Source of the DNA: Callorhinchus milii | Lineage: Eukaryota | DNA length: 64,000 bases | Reading direction: 5' to 3' | Assembly: GCF_018977255.1 (NCBI RefSeq) | Contig: NW_024704744.1 | Span: 63,612,001 to 63,676,000, forward strand | Shown here: piece after piece, positions 1-10,674 of the stretch | How the letters are laid out: the number at the start of each line of letters is the position of its first letter | Numbering within the stretch: the first letter of the stretch is position 1 | Position numbers and translations under genes: made by a program | The notes under the pieces: model-generated | The model's database searches: none | What the model was told of the DNA's origin: nothing | What the model saw: only the letters and a program-made list of their open reading frames with translations

Positions 1-2289
1 TTATAAAATGGAAATAATAAGTAGTATTTTGTGTGTAATAGAAACTACAGTGGTCTTCTACTTGATTGTAGAAATGACAGGCAATAATGTAAGAGTAGAA
101 GCAAAGAGGAAATATTTTTCTACGTTTTTGTCTCCAATCTCCAATCCAAGGAGGAGTAGTTTACTTTATTACCTGATAACAGCAATCTTTTAATTTATTA
201 GATGGCCTCCCCTTATTTTACTCTTTTTCTTTTAATTGTTATCATACTTGGTGCCATGAGAACTAGCTGTCCTTTGATAATAATAATCCTTGCATCTAAT
301 AGAGGGCCTTATCACTTCTTCGAGACGTCTCAATGCGCTTCAATTGCTCAAAGTCGCCAATTTTCAAGTGTAAACCCAGGAGGTTACTTTCAACAGTATG
401 TTTGACAGAGAGAACAGGCAACATCCACAAGCCATGCAGAAGCCTATGCCAATGAATTAACATTAAACCCTCCAGTCATCACCGATCTATAGAACTGCTA
501 CTCAATAATTCTCATTACAACTTCTATGCCAGTAGAAGTAATAAGTTACAAGGCACCATCACAAAAGTACAACTATTATTAACTTTTATTTTTTATTTTT
601 ACATTAGATCCTGCTATTCACTTTATTTGATGAAGCTACTGTTCATTAATTTATTGGACGGACCCATTCCTAACAGAGAATTAAACCAGAAGGATCTCAC
701 AACATCATTACAAAATATTTTACTTCAGCCAATCACATAATCACTACACAATACAATTTAAATGTATATAAACGCCTTTCACATCGGGAGGACGTGCCAA
801 AGTACTTGCTACTACCGGATGGGCATTTGAGCTGGGACTGGGAGCCAAGGTAGGGAAAGATGACTGAAAGTGTGGTTAGAGAGGCATGTTTTGAAATGTA
901 CCTCACTGGCAGTTATCACCACCAACGTACTAATTTACAATCTCTACTTGCCAGCGCACTGCAAATAGATGCATAGTGCCATTAAAGACATGTAAAGGCG
1001 AAATAGTGTAAAGGAGAGGGGAGCAATATTCTGAAATATTTGAATGAAAATAATAACTACACAGACAATCCCCAACATCAAAGTGCAAAACATTATTGTG
1101 CAAATGGATGCATATACAAAGTAGAAAAATTACATTTACAATTAGTGCTATGCAAATCTGTTTCAACAGACATACATCAATCACGTTCAATTTCAAAATT
1201 CCTATGCTATCTTAACATTTGCTCAGTCTGCTTTCGACTGTATTCCAGAGGTTACATTGTTGAAATGCATGCAACTAAATCCAATTATATCCAAATCTGA
1301 AAATTGGGAGACCAGTTAGATAATGTCACTATTATGCCCTGGTCTTCAGTTCCTTTGTAATTCCATTCATATGCAAGTGAGCTGCTTCTACAAAAATCTA
1401 CCAGCACTGTACTCCAGGTGCAACATGATGATAATCTCCCCTATTACGAACGTGAATCTGTACTGTGTTCAAATAAGTGGTAAAAAACAACTTCATTTAT
1501 TCAATGGCTTACTTCAATGTGGTACAATTAATGTATTTTCAATTGCAGATCTACTGTAAGAAAACTAAAACATGGCCCAGTGACTAAAGGTGAAGGACTG
1601 AACTCAGTCATCAGCAGGTTATCTAACTGTCAATAAAGAGTGGCAAAGTTGCAGGTGGTGAAAGAGTCTGCAGGCAGAGAATAAAAAACTGCAACTTGCA
1701 TTTATATAGTGCAGGGGAGAGTCTCAGGGGATGTCATGGTAGCAGAGCTTGATTTGTTCTAAAATAAAAGTACATTCAACCTAATATATGCTTTCACTGG
1801 TACTTGTTCTATATATAGAAGTATATAGGTATTTGTTCTCCTTGAGTTTCACTGTCTCCGCTTCCATCTCCTTGACCTAAGGCAAAGGCTACTTACTTAC
1901 TGCTGGATAGTGTTGTGGGTATCTCACTCAAACGGCGAGCAAGTGTCAGAGCACTGAGAACAGGCAAGAGACAGTCACAGCCCGATTGTTTTTAAAATGA
2001 GAATCAGTGGCGAATATTCACAAGGCTTCACAAACCTCCTTCAGCAGTGCAAGAGTTGTGCTGAAGCAACATTTTTTGCTGATTAGTATTGACAGTGGTG
2101 GTGGGAGGTGGGGGAGGGGGGTGGAGAGAGGAAAAGTCACATCTATTCATATTTTGTAACTACCAAAGAATAAAGCGAGTAAGGCTGTGTAAATAAATAA
2201 AAAAGCAAACTAAGAAAAACTTTTAACTATATATGTGTGTATACATACATACACTACACGTATCGACTATTTCTTTCCTCCCGCCCTCC

Positions 2290-2785
2290 AAGCCAGGCGG
2301 GATCTCACAGTGCTTAACAACGGAGCCCAAGGCCGAGCCTGGGGGAGGGGAGAGGGGGTAGGTGAGCATAGGCGCAGTCGAAAAAGGAAGGTCTTCAGGC
2401 GCTCCTGAAGTTGGGGGAGGCGGGGTTGAGGGAGGAAGTTCCAAAGATTCGGGGTATAGTGGCTGAAGGCACAGCTGTCGATGGTGGGGCGGAGGATTCG
2501 GGGGATGTGGAGGAGGCTGGACCCAGTAGAGCGGAGGCAGCGGGTACTGCTGTGGGGAGAGAGGAGGTTAGAGAGATAGGGGGGTACCGAGGAATGGAGG
2601 GATTTAAACACTAGGGTGAGGATCTTGAAGTCGATCCGCTCTGTGACAGTGAGCCAGTGGAGTTTGGCGAGGACTGGAGTAATCAGGGTACGAAGTTTGA
2701 TACGGGTGAGAATGTGGGCGGCAGAGTTTTGAATGAGCTGAATTTTGTGAATAGTGGAGGAGGGTGTGACTGGCGAGGAGGGCGT
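2290..2785 (-). mobile_element. L2 LINE 3' fragment
   Basis: Minus-strand FKSLHSSVPPYLSNLL...RCLRS...AFSHYTPNLWN. Confidence 0.85.
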
Positions 2786-2796
2786 TGGAAGAGTCC

Positions 2797-3350
2797 AGTC
2801 AGTCAGTCACACACACACAGTCAGTCAGTCACACACACACAGTCAGTCAGTCAGTCAGTCACACACACACAGTCAGTCAGTCACACACACACAGTGTCAG
2901 TCACACACACACACAGTGTCAGTCACACACACAGTGTCAGTCACACACACAGTGTCAGTCACACACACAGTGTCAGTCACACACACACAGTGTCAGTCAC
3001 ACACACACAGTGTCAGTCACACACACACAGTGTCAGTCACACACACACAGTGTCAGTCACACACACAGTGTCAGTCACACACACACAGTCAGTCAGTCAC
3101 ACACACACAGTCAGTCAGTCAGTCACACACAGTCAGTCAGTCACACACAGTCAGTCAGTCAGTCAGTCACACACACACAGTCAGTCAGTCACACACAGTC
3201 AGTCAGTCACACACAGTCAGTCAGTCAGTCACACACAGTCAGTCACACACACACAGTCAGTCACACACACAGTCAGTCAGTCAGTCACACACAGTCAGTC
3301 AGTCAGTCACACACAGTCAGTCACACACACAGTCACACAGTCAGTCAGAC
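2797..3350. repeat. Compound microsatellite (CAGT)n/(CA)n/(GTGT)
   Basis: Directly visible. Confidence 0.97.
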
Positions 3351-3407
3351 ACATCCTGTACTTGGTCACAAAGCCCCTATGGCCTGGGCCCTGTTAGCGC
3401 CGCTGTG

Positions 3408-3615
3408 CTGGGCTGACCCGGGCTGACCCGACCCGGGCTGGGCTGGGCCGGGCTGACACGGGCCGGGCTGACCCGGGCTGGGCTGGGCCGGGCTGAGCTG
3501 ACCCGGGCTGACCTGGGCCGAGCTGGGCTGACCCGGGCTGGGCTGACCCGGGCCGGGCTGACCCGGGCTGGGCCGGGCTGAGCAGGGATGGCCGGGCTGA
3601 GCTTCCGCCCGGGCT
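3408..3615. repeat. GC-rich pentamer mosaic (GGGCT/GACCC/GGGCC/GAGCT)
   Basis: Directly visible, about 30 nt into SPAST intron 1. Confidence 0.95.
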
Positions 3616-3643
3616 GATGGGAGGGGACGGGAGGATCGCTCAC

Positions 3644-3977
3644 CTTTGTCATCCTCGTCGATCCTGAGTGCGGCGGAGATGTACTCGAAGGCCTGCTTGT
3701 GGTACAGGCGGACCCGCTCGGGCTCGCTGCCCGGCTCGCACGCCCGCTCCTCCACCGCCACTGTCTTCCGCGATGCCATTTCAGCCAGGCGGTGACAGAC
3801 ATAGGCGAAGAAGAGCCAGAGGTGGAAGGCGAGGAAGCGCAAGAAGGTGAAGACGGCGATGAGCGGGTAGGAGAAGTAATACAGGTTCCGCTTGTGCAGA
3901 GAGACCTTCTGGCTGTCCTCAGACGGCGATCTCGGCGGCCCCTTCTTCCTCCTCCCTCGGCCGCCCGGAGGATTCAT
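3644..3977 (-). CDS. SPAST: Spastin coding exon 1 (hydrophobic hairpin and start of MIT domain); remaining exons lie left of the window
   Basis: MNPPGGRG...SLHKRNLYYFSYPL...HKQAFEYISAALRIDEDDK matches the spastin N-terminus. Phase-1 donor G|GTGAG at 3643. Head-to-head with DPY30 as in mammals. Confidence 0.95.
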
Positions 3978-4035
3978 TCACCCGCCCGTCAACCGCCATC
4001 ACACGCGAGCAGCCGGCCAGCGCATTGTCCCCGCT

Positions 4036-4680
4036 CCGCCAATCACATCAGCTCATCGCCGGCCAATCACATCAACCCCTCATCGCCGGCCAATCACATC
4101 ACTCTCATCGCTGACCAATCACATCACTCTCATCACTGGCCAATCACATCACCTCATCGCCGGCCAATCACATCAACCCCTCATCGCCGGCCAATCACAT
4201 CAACCCTCATCGCCGGCCAATCACGTCAACCCCTCATCGCTGGCCAATCACATCAATCTCATCGCCGGCCAATCACATCAATCTCATCGCTGGCCAATCA
4301 CATCAACCTCATCGCTGGCCAATCACATCACTCTCATCGCTGGCCAATCACATCAACCTCATCGCTGGCCAATCACATCACCCTCATCACCGGCCGATCA
4401 CATCAACCTCATCACCGGCCGATCACATCAACCTCATCACCGGCCGATCACATCAACCTCATCACCGGCCGATCACATCAACCCTCATCACCGGCCGATC
4501 ACATCAACCTCATCACCGGCCGATCACATCAACCTCATCACCGGCCGATCACATCAACCTCATCACCGGCCGATCACATCAACCCTCATCACCGGCCGAT
4601 CACATCAACCTCATCACTGGCCAATCACATCAACCTCATCACTGGCCAATCATATCACCTTATCACTGGCCAATCATTTC
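4036..4680. repeat. Minisatellite of about 27-bp units GGCC(A/G)ATCACATCAACC(C)TCATC(G/A)C(C/T), with a degenerate extension to about 5080
   Basis: About 23 tandem units read directly. Confidence 0.95.
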
Positions 4681-5749
4681 ATCTGATCACTACTTTCCCC
4701 CCCCCCACTGCACTGTCCAATAATATCACCAGATCACTGCCCCACACCGTCCAATCACTTCACCCATCAATGATTCCTGCATTGTTCATTCACATCATTC
4801 GATCACTGCCCCGTATTGTCCATTCACAAAAGGAGGTCACTACCTCTCATCCTGCCCAATCATGTCACCCGATCTCCCCCCACTAGCCAATCACATCACC
4901 CAATCGCCCCCACTAGCCAATCACATCACCCGATCACTCCCTTTCCCCCCACCCCCACCACTCTCCAGGTACATCATCAGCTCACTGCCTGCACTGTCTT
5001 ATCACATTACCCATGACTGCCAACCATTGTCCAACCAACATCACTCGCTCACTGCCTCATAGTCCAATCACGTCATCCACTCACCAGTCCATCTGGACAT
5101 GCAGAAAGGACCTCAGTTTAATGTTTCATCCAAAGGTCCGGATTGGTGGTATATTAAAATTATTCATTTAATATTAGTAGGATGGATGTATAAGCAGTTT
5201 AGGTTGTAAATCATTGACATGCCTTTTCTTGGACTAAGTGTAAATCAATTAGTGTACAGTAGTTCAATTTGCAAATAACAGATAGTGACCTTGAAATGAT
5301 TATTAGCGTATGACCCAGGCTTTCCATTCTGAGCACTTTCCAGAAGCTTCACAGGAGTCCTGATCACAGCCAAAGCATACAACTCTGCCAGATTGCGCCT
5401 CGCAGCAGGAGCCATTGGAGACTTGCAGCTTGATACAATTATATGTCTAACTTGAAGTTTGAAAGGATACTACATTGTTAGAACTTTTTTAAGGTTTCTC
5501 ATTTTACAATGTAATACATATGATGAGACAGATTACTCTAGATAATAAGAGTGATATGAGAGGTTTTGTTAACACAATTCAAAGACGTTATGAGTCCATT
5601 TCAGTTAGATATTGGATTGTTTGTCCTCCAGACATGAAAGGCACTATACAAATGTAATTTTGTTGTTGCTGTTGTTTGGGCGATGTCTTACAAATATTGG
5701 AAATTAGATTACCTCAGGATGAGGAGATTGGTCAGTATTCAATGTATTA

Positions 5750-6135
5750 TAACAATAATCTTTGCATTTGATATAACACCTTTCATGTCAACAGAACATC
5801 TCAAAGCACTTCACACAATTTACTGTCAAGTGGCAATACACAGCAGATGATTTACACAAAGTAATGTCCAACAAATAGCCATGAAACAAATGAATGACCA
5901 ATTTTATTTTGGGGATCGTTGGCCAGGACACCTTTGTTCAAATAGTGCCATGGGATCTTTAACGTCTACCTGAATGGGCAGACAGGACCTTGACTGAAGT
6001 ACAGCATCTCCAACAATATAGTGCTCGCCTAGTATTGAAGTGTTAGCCTGCAGTGTCATTTTCAAAGTCCCAACATGGGGCATGAACCCACAACCTTCTG
6101 ATTCAGAGGTAAGAATACTACCAACTAAGCAAGAT
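5750..6135 (-). mobile_element. Old Deu-domain-type SINE (SacSINE1-like)
   Basis: Antisense tRNA-like head (GAACCCACAACCTTCTGATTCAGAGG) and ATAGTGCCATGGGATCTTTAACGTCTACCTGA core; family assigned from memory. Confidence 0.65.
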
Positions 6136-6964
6136 TGGCACGCCAAATCCCAATGTTGAAATCCGAATGCCTATGCTAATTACAAAAGAAGGTATATCAT
6201 TTAATTGTTGCATTTGGTATAGTGCCTTTAATGTCAGGAGGACGTCCCAAAACGGAAACCTGTGCTTGTGAGATTTCAAGACTAAATAATTACTATCCTC
6301 TTGGCGGGTGGGGGAAGATGAGCTGGCTCCAAGGTGACGTGTTTGCACAACAAAATGTTGGAATCAAGCCAACCTTCTGTGGTGGTCTCAGTTGTCCAGT
6401 TTCTGAGCCAGATGGATCTGCAGTACAGCCGGCCTAACCCATTGTAAGAGTTGGAGGGGCAGATATTACTTACAGGTAGATTTGTTACAATAACTCATCA
6501 CATTGCAATATTTTTCATTATGAATAAAAAAATTATAGGGGCAACATTTTCTGTTTAATACAGAACTCTCCTTAGCTGTAGTAACACCAACATATAATAT
6601 TTAACCCCTTTAGAAGCACTGCCCAGTGGAGCAGAGGAGATGACAAAGAGTGGAAAGTTCCAAGTTTGAATCCTGTATTGTTCTGAATTAATTGTAACCT
6701 CAGCTGGAATCAGCAGTAGGACCATTATGATAAGTTGCAGGATTTCTGGTTGTGATCTCTATCTCGGGATCGTTGGGAGGTGTGAATGTTGGCTTAAGAC
6801 AGAACCAATTTCGCCCACAAAATATATAGTCAATTCACTTCACAGTATATTCTGTGAAGGGCTTTGAGACATCTCAAAGACGTGATGAGGCGCTAAATCA
6901 AATGCAACGATTATTATTATTTATTATTTAAAGACAGGACCAGATCAATCCCCAGTTCCACAGC

Positions 6965-7665
6965 GCTCCCCCAGCTCAGCGGCGCCCCCCGAGCTCAGCG
7001 CCCCCCCCCCCCCCCCGCTCAGCAACACCCCCCCAAGCTCAGCAACACCCCCCCCAGCTCAGCAACACCCCCCCCCCAGCTCAGCAACACCCCCCCAGCT
7101 CAGCAACACCCCCCCCCCCCCCCAGCTCAGCAACACCCCCCCAGCTCAGCAACACCCCCCCCCAGCTCAGCAACACCCCCCCAGCTCAGCAACACCCCCC
7201 CCCCCCCAGCTCAGCAACACCCCCCCCAGCTCAGCAACACCCCCCCCCCAGCTCAGCAACACCCCCCCCCAGCTCAGCAACACCCCCCCCCAGCTCAGCA
7301 ACACCCCCCCCAGCTCAGCAACACCCCCCCAGCTCAGCAACACCCCCCCCAGCTCAGCAACACCCCCCCCCAGCTCAGCAACACCCCCCCCCAGCTCAGC
7401 AACACCCCCCCCCAGCTCAGCACACCCCCCCCCCAGCTCAGCAGCGCCCCCCCCCAGCTCAGCAACAGCCCCCCCCCCAGCTCAGCAACACCCCCCCCCA
7501 GCTCAGCAACACCCCCCCCCCCAGCCCCCCCCCCCCCCCAGCCACCCCCCCCCCCAGCTCAGCAACACCCCCCCCCAGCTCAGCAGCGCCCCCCCCTGCA
7601 GCTCAGCAACACCCCCCAGTTCAGCAGCGCCCCCCCCCACTCCGGCTCAGCAGCGCCCCCTCAGC
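6965..7665. repeat. C-rich minisatellite CAGCTCAGCAACA(C)7-13, roughly 30 copies
   Basis: Directly visible upstream of the DPY30 promoter. Confidence 0.96.
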
Positions 7666-7699
7666 TTCTATTTAGTGATGGTTGTTCACAACCAGTGAT

Positions 7700-7960
7700 C
7701 AGCACCAGCGCCGCTGTCTCCACTGAGCATGCGCCTCCGAAATCCCCAGCCGCCCCGCTGTCATCTGTCAAAGCGCCTGCGCGTTGGCTGCCGGTGACGT
7801 CGTTTACCCCTCTCACCAATCCCATGTCCCCTCTCAAGAGCGGTGGGGTTTCGGCAAATCGTGACGACGGGGCCGCGGCAGCGCTTCCGCTGCAACCAAT
7901 CGGTGAGAGCGTCTCTCACGGGGGGGGGTCGGCGGCAGTGCGTGGAAACGGACAACAACC
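7700..7960 (+). promoter_or_regulatory. DPY30 promoter / CpG island
   Basis: NRF1-like GCATGCGC near 7727, CRE-like TGACGTC at 7795, CCAAT at 7816 and 7896. Confidence 0.6.
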
Positions 7961-7970
7961 ATGGCGGACG
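7961..7970 (+). CDS. DPY30: DPY30 coding exon 1 (MAD + 1 nt)
   Basis: accATGG Kozak in a CpG island, followed by G|GTGAGT donor; phase fits the next exon. Confidence 0.75.
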
Positions 7971-8320
7971 GTGAGTGTGCGGGAGCCGGGCAGCGGGGAG
8001 CTGAGCGGTCTGGGGGACCCCCTCTTACACCGCCCCGGCACCCGAGGGGAGGGGAGGCAGCACCGGACACCGACCCTCTGCCGGCGGGGAGGAGGACCCG
8101 ACCCGGCGAGCGGCGGTTCGTCCAGAGAGCGCGCGGGCCAACCCCTCCCCCCCCCCCCCAGTCAGTATAACAGCTCTCGAGGCTCTGTATGTAACTCACC
8201 TGAGCCCCCCCACCCCCCCCAACATCGTTATCATCATCATCTTTGCATTTGATATACTTACCATGTGGTTGAGACGTCTCAGAGCGCTTCACAGAATATA
8301 CTGTACAGTGGATTAACTGT

Positions 8321-8631
8321 GGAGTCCTGTAGCTCAGTGGTTAGAGCACTCGCTTTGCAAGTGAGAGACCTGAGTTCAATTCCAGGCAGAGGGCGAAACC
8401 TTGGGCAAGTTTCCTTACTCCACACAGAGCCTAATAATAATCCCTTCAAAACAAAACAATAATAAATTGGACATTTTCAATCTACGACTGTTTGTGGGAC
8501 ATTGCTGTGCGCAATTGGCTGCCGCGTTCGCCCACAAATATACAGTCAATTCACTTTACAGTCTATTCTGTGAAGCGCTTTGGGACGTCGAGAAGATGTA
8601 AAAAGCACTACATCAAATGCAAGGATTATTA
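8321..8631 (+). mobile_element. tRNA(Ala-TGC)-headed SINE, subfamily A, nested in an older antisense SINE
   Basis: A box TAGCTCAGTGG, B box GTTCAATTCC, L2-like tail with (ATT)n. Confidence 0.9.
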
Positions 8632-10462
8632 TATTTTGTGGGGGAAACGCGGCAGCCAATTGGTTTCAGGATAGGAAAGTCAAATAGTGCTAACTTTATG
8701 TTACAATGCTCCTGGTGCATTAGGGCAGGTTATTCCCCCCCCCCCGGGCATGACTGTAACCTGGAATGCATATACTTTTATTCAGAATGCAAAAAAGTAA
8801 TTTATTAAAACAAAATGCTATAGACTAGTTTAAGTTTGTAGGTTCTCAACTGGGGAAAGTACCTAATTCACATATAGCCAATCCAAAATATGTTAAAGCA
8901 GTTTGAAATATTATTGACTTTCCAGAGGTTGAGTTTTATATAGTTCTGAAGTATGAGCAGATTAACTGATCATCAGTTTGAGGCTTTTTGTGGGTCTCGG
9001 TTTGCAAACTGGTTGCTGTTTTGCTTGTAGATAACACCCTGTAGCATATTGGTTAGAGCACTTGCCTCACAAGCGAGAGGACCTGGGTTCAATTCATAGA
9101 ATCATAGAATTATACAGCACAGAAGGAGGCCATTCGGCCCATCGTGTCTGTGCCGGCACATGTGTAGTTTTCCTGCTCTGGAGGGTCCTAATTAATTGTT
9201 ATCTGATGTTATTCTGATGTTGTTTATAATTGTTAATAAGAGATATTCCGTAGTAATTCTCTTGCAATTTGTGTTTTGTAGGGTGTTCAATATATCAGCC
9301 AGCTCTATGTTTAATTAATCATTGTGTTGGTCATTGGTACCGAAAAGGGTGGAGGGAGAGTATCCTGTGAATTGTAAGCAATGAACTTCATCTGACCCAG
9401 AAGATTCTATGTGCTGTTCCCTTGTCAGTTTGACTAGCTGGGCTAGTATGTATTTAATTATTACAGGTAAAAATGTACTAAAGTGTCTCTCACCACATGA
9501 CTTGCAACTACTGGTTTGTAAAATTTAGAGCGTGTGGTGAAGGAATAAATCAGTAGGTATGATTTGTATTTCCTTACTGGCACTCTTGTCTGAATTAGGG
9601 TAAAATGCCCCAAGCAAGGATTACAGGCTACCAATGATGATTCAGATCAATATAATGATCAATAGAATATATGATATGTTGCTAAGGAACTCAATTCTCT
9701 GCATTTAGGAATTTGGATCTTTTCCAAGACATACCTCACTGCTGGCCTTTCATGTCCTAGTGTACCAATTCATGCAGGGCCAAGCAAGAATCAGCATCAG
9801 AATTGCCTTGCTTTGTGTGGAAAGAAGACAAACCTCATTTCACCGTTTCCCTGCTCTGGGGAAAGATTTTCCCTTTTCTTCTCCAGCCATTTCTAATTTG
9901 CCATGAAGTATAATTTGTCATTGGAATCTCTCCACTTCCTTCCCTTCCCCCAACTAAACTTTATATAACCATGACCATCTGAAGCTAAATATGTTCTATG
10001 ACAACCAGTGAATCTTTAAACGCCCAATAGTGAAGTAGCCAAAATCAAATTTACTGAATTCCTAATTACTTTGTAGATCAGTGTCTGATGCGTCTCTGAT
10101 CCAATACTGTGCTGCATTACTGATCTTCAAATATTTATCCAGTTCCCTTTTAAGTGTTGTTATGGATCTTTTGTCAGCAGGGACTCCTAATAGCCCCAAG
10201 TCTTCTGCCCTCACTGTTCTTTTTCTTCTGGAATGTTCACATTTAGTTATCGTGTGACTCACTGGAATAGGAACATGGGAAAACAGGAACAGGCCATTGA
10301 GTCTCTTTTACCAGTTTAGTAGATTTCATTGCCCTGGCTTTTCACCATACCCGTTTACCTCTCCTTCCAGAAAATTTGTGTTTGCGATTAAACAAATTTG
10401 AAGTTTTTAAAAATATTTTTCACGAAATGATTATTTTAATGCAATTGTCTTTACTTCCTTAG

Positions 10463-10509
10463 ATCATGCTGATTCAATTGGCGAATCAAATGTGGAAGGA
10501 CAAATGCAG
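10463..10509 (+). CDS. DPY30: DPY30 coding exon 2
   Basis: ttccttag acceptor, (D)HADSIGESNVEGQMQ, CAG|gtaata donor. Confidence 0.85.
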
Positions 10510-10626
10510 GTAATACCACTTCGGAATAAACTATTGTAGAGCAAGAGACAAAGCTTGCAGCCTCTTGTTTGTTTCCATAGTGTTTCCATCAGCAATATTC
10601 TCAGATAAATTACGTCTGTTTTTCAG

Positions 10627-10674
10627 GTAACCGATAATCCTCATGCCGAATATGGCCTTACGGATCATGTGCAG
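10627..10674 (+). CDS. DPY30: DPY30 coding exon 3
   Basis: VTDNPHAEYGLTDHVQ (human VAENPHSEYGLTDNVE), canonical AG/GT. Confidence 0.93.

Noticed and set aside
1-2290. Search for SPAST exon 2 (GQKEQAVEWYKKG-like)
   Set aside because: No matching minus-strand exon was seen; it probably lies left of the window.
2657-3426. Three long overlapping ORFs (213-246 aa) rich in SHTQV
   Set aside because: They are translations of a stop-free CAGT/CA microsatellite.
4036-4680. CRISPR-like regular repeats
   Set aside because: There are no unique spacers and the context is eukaryotic; this is a tandem minisatellite.
3699-4886. 395-aa and 264-aa + strand ORFs
   Set aside because: They are antisense to SPAST exon 1 and read through the CCAAT minisatellite.
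6380-6410. Short LF-SINE-like motif GGTGGTCTCAGT..TCCAGTT
   Set aside because: Too short to support without a search.
8321-8395. tRNA-Ala(TGC)-like sequence, also near 9040, 17261, 39770 and 53835
   Set aside because: The acceptor stem does not close and most copies continue into a SINE body; these are SINE heads.
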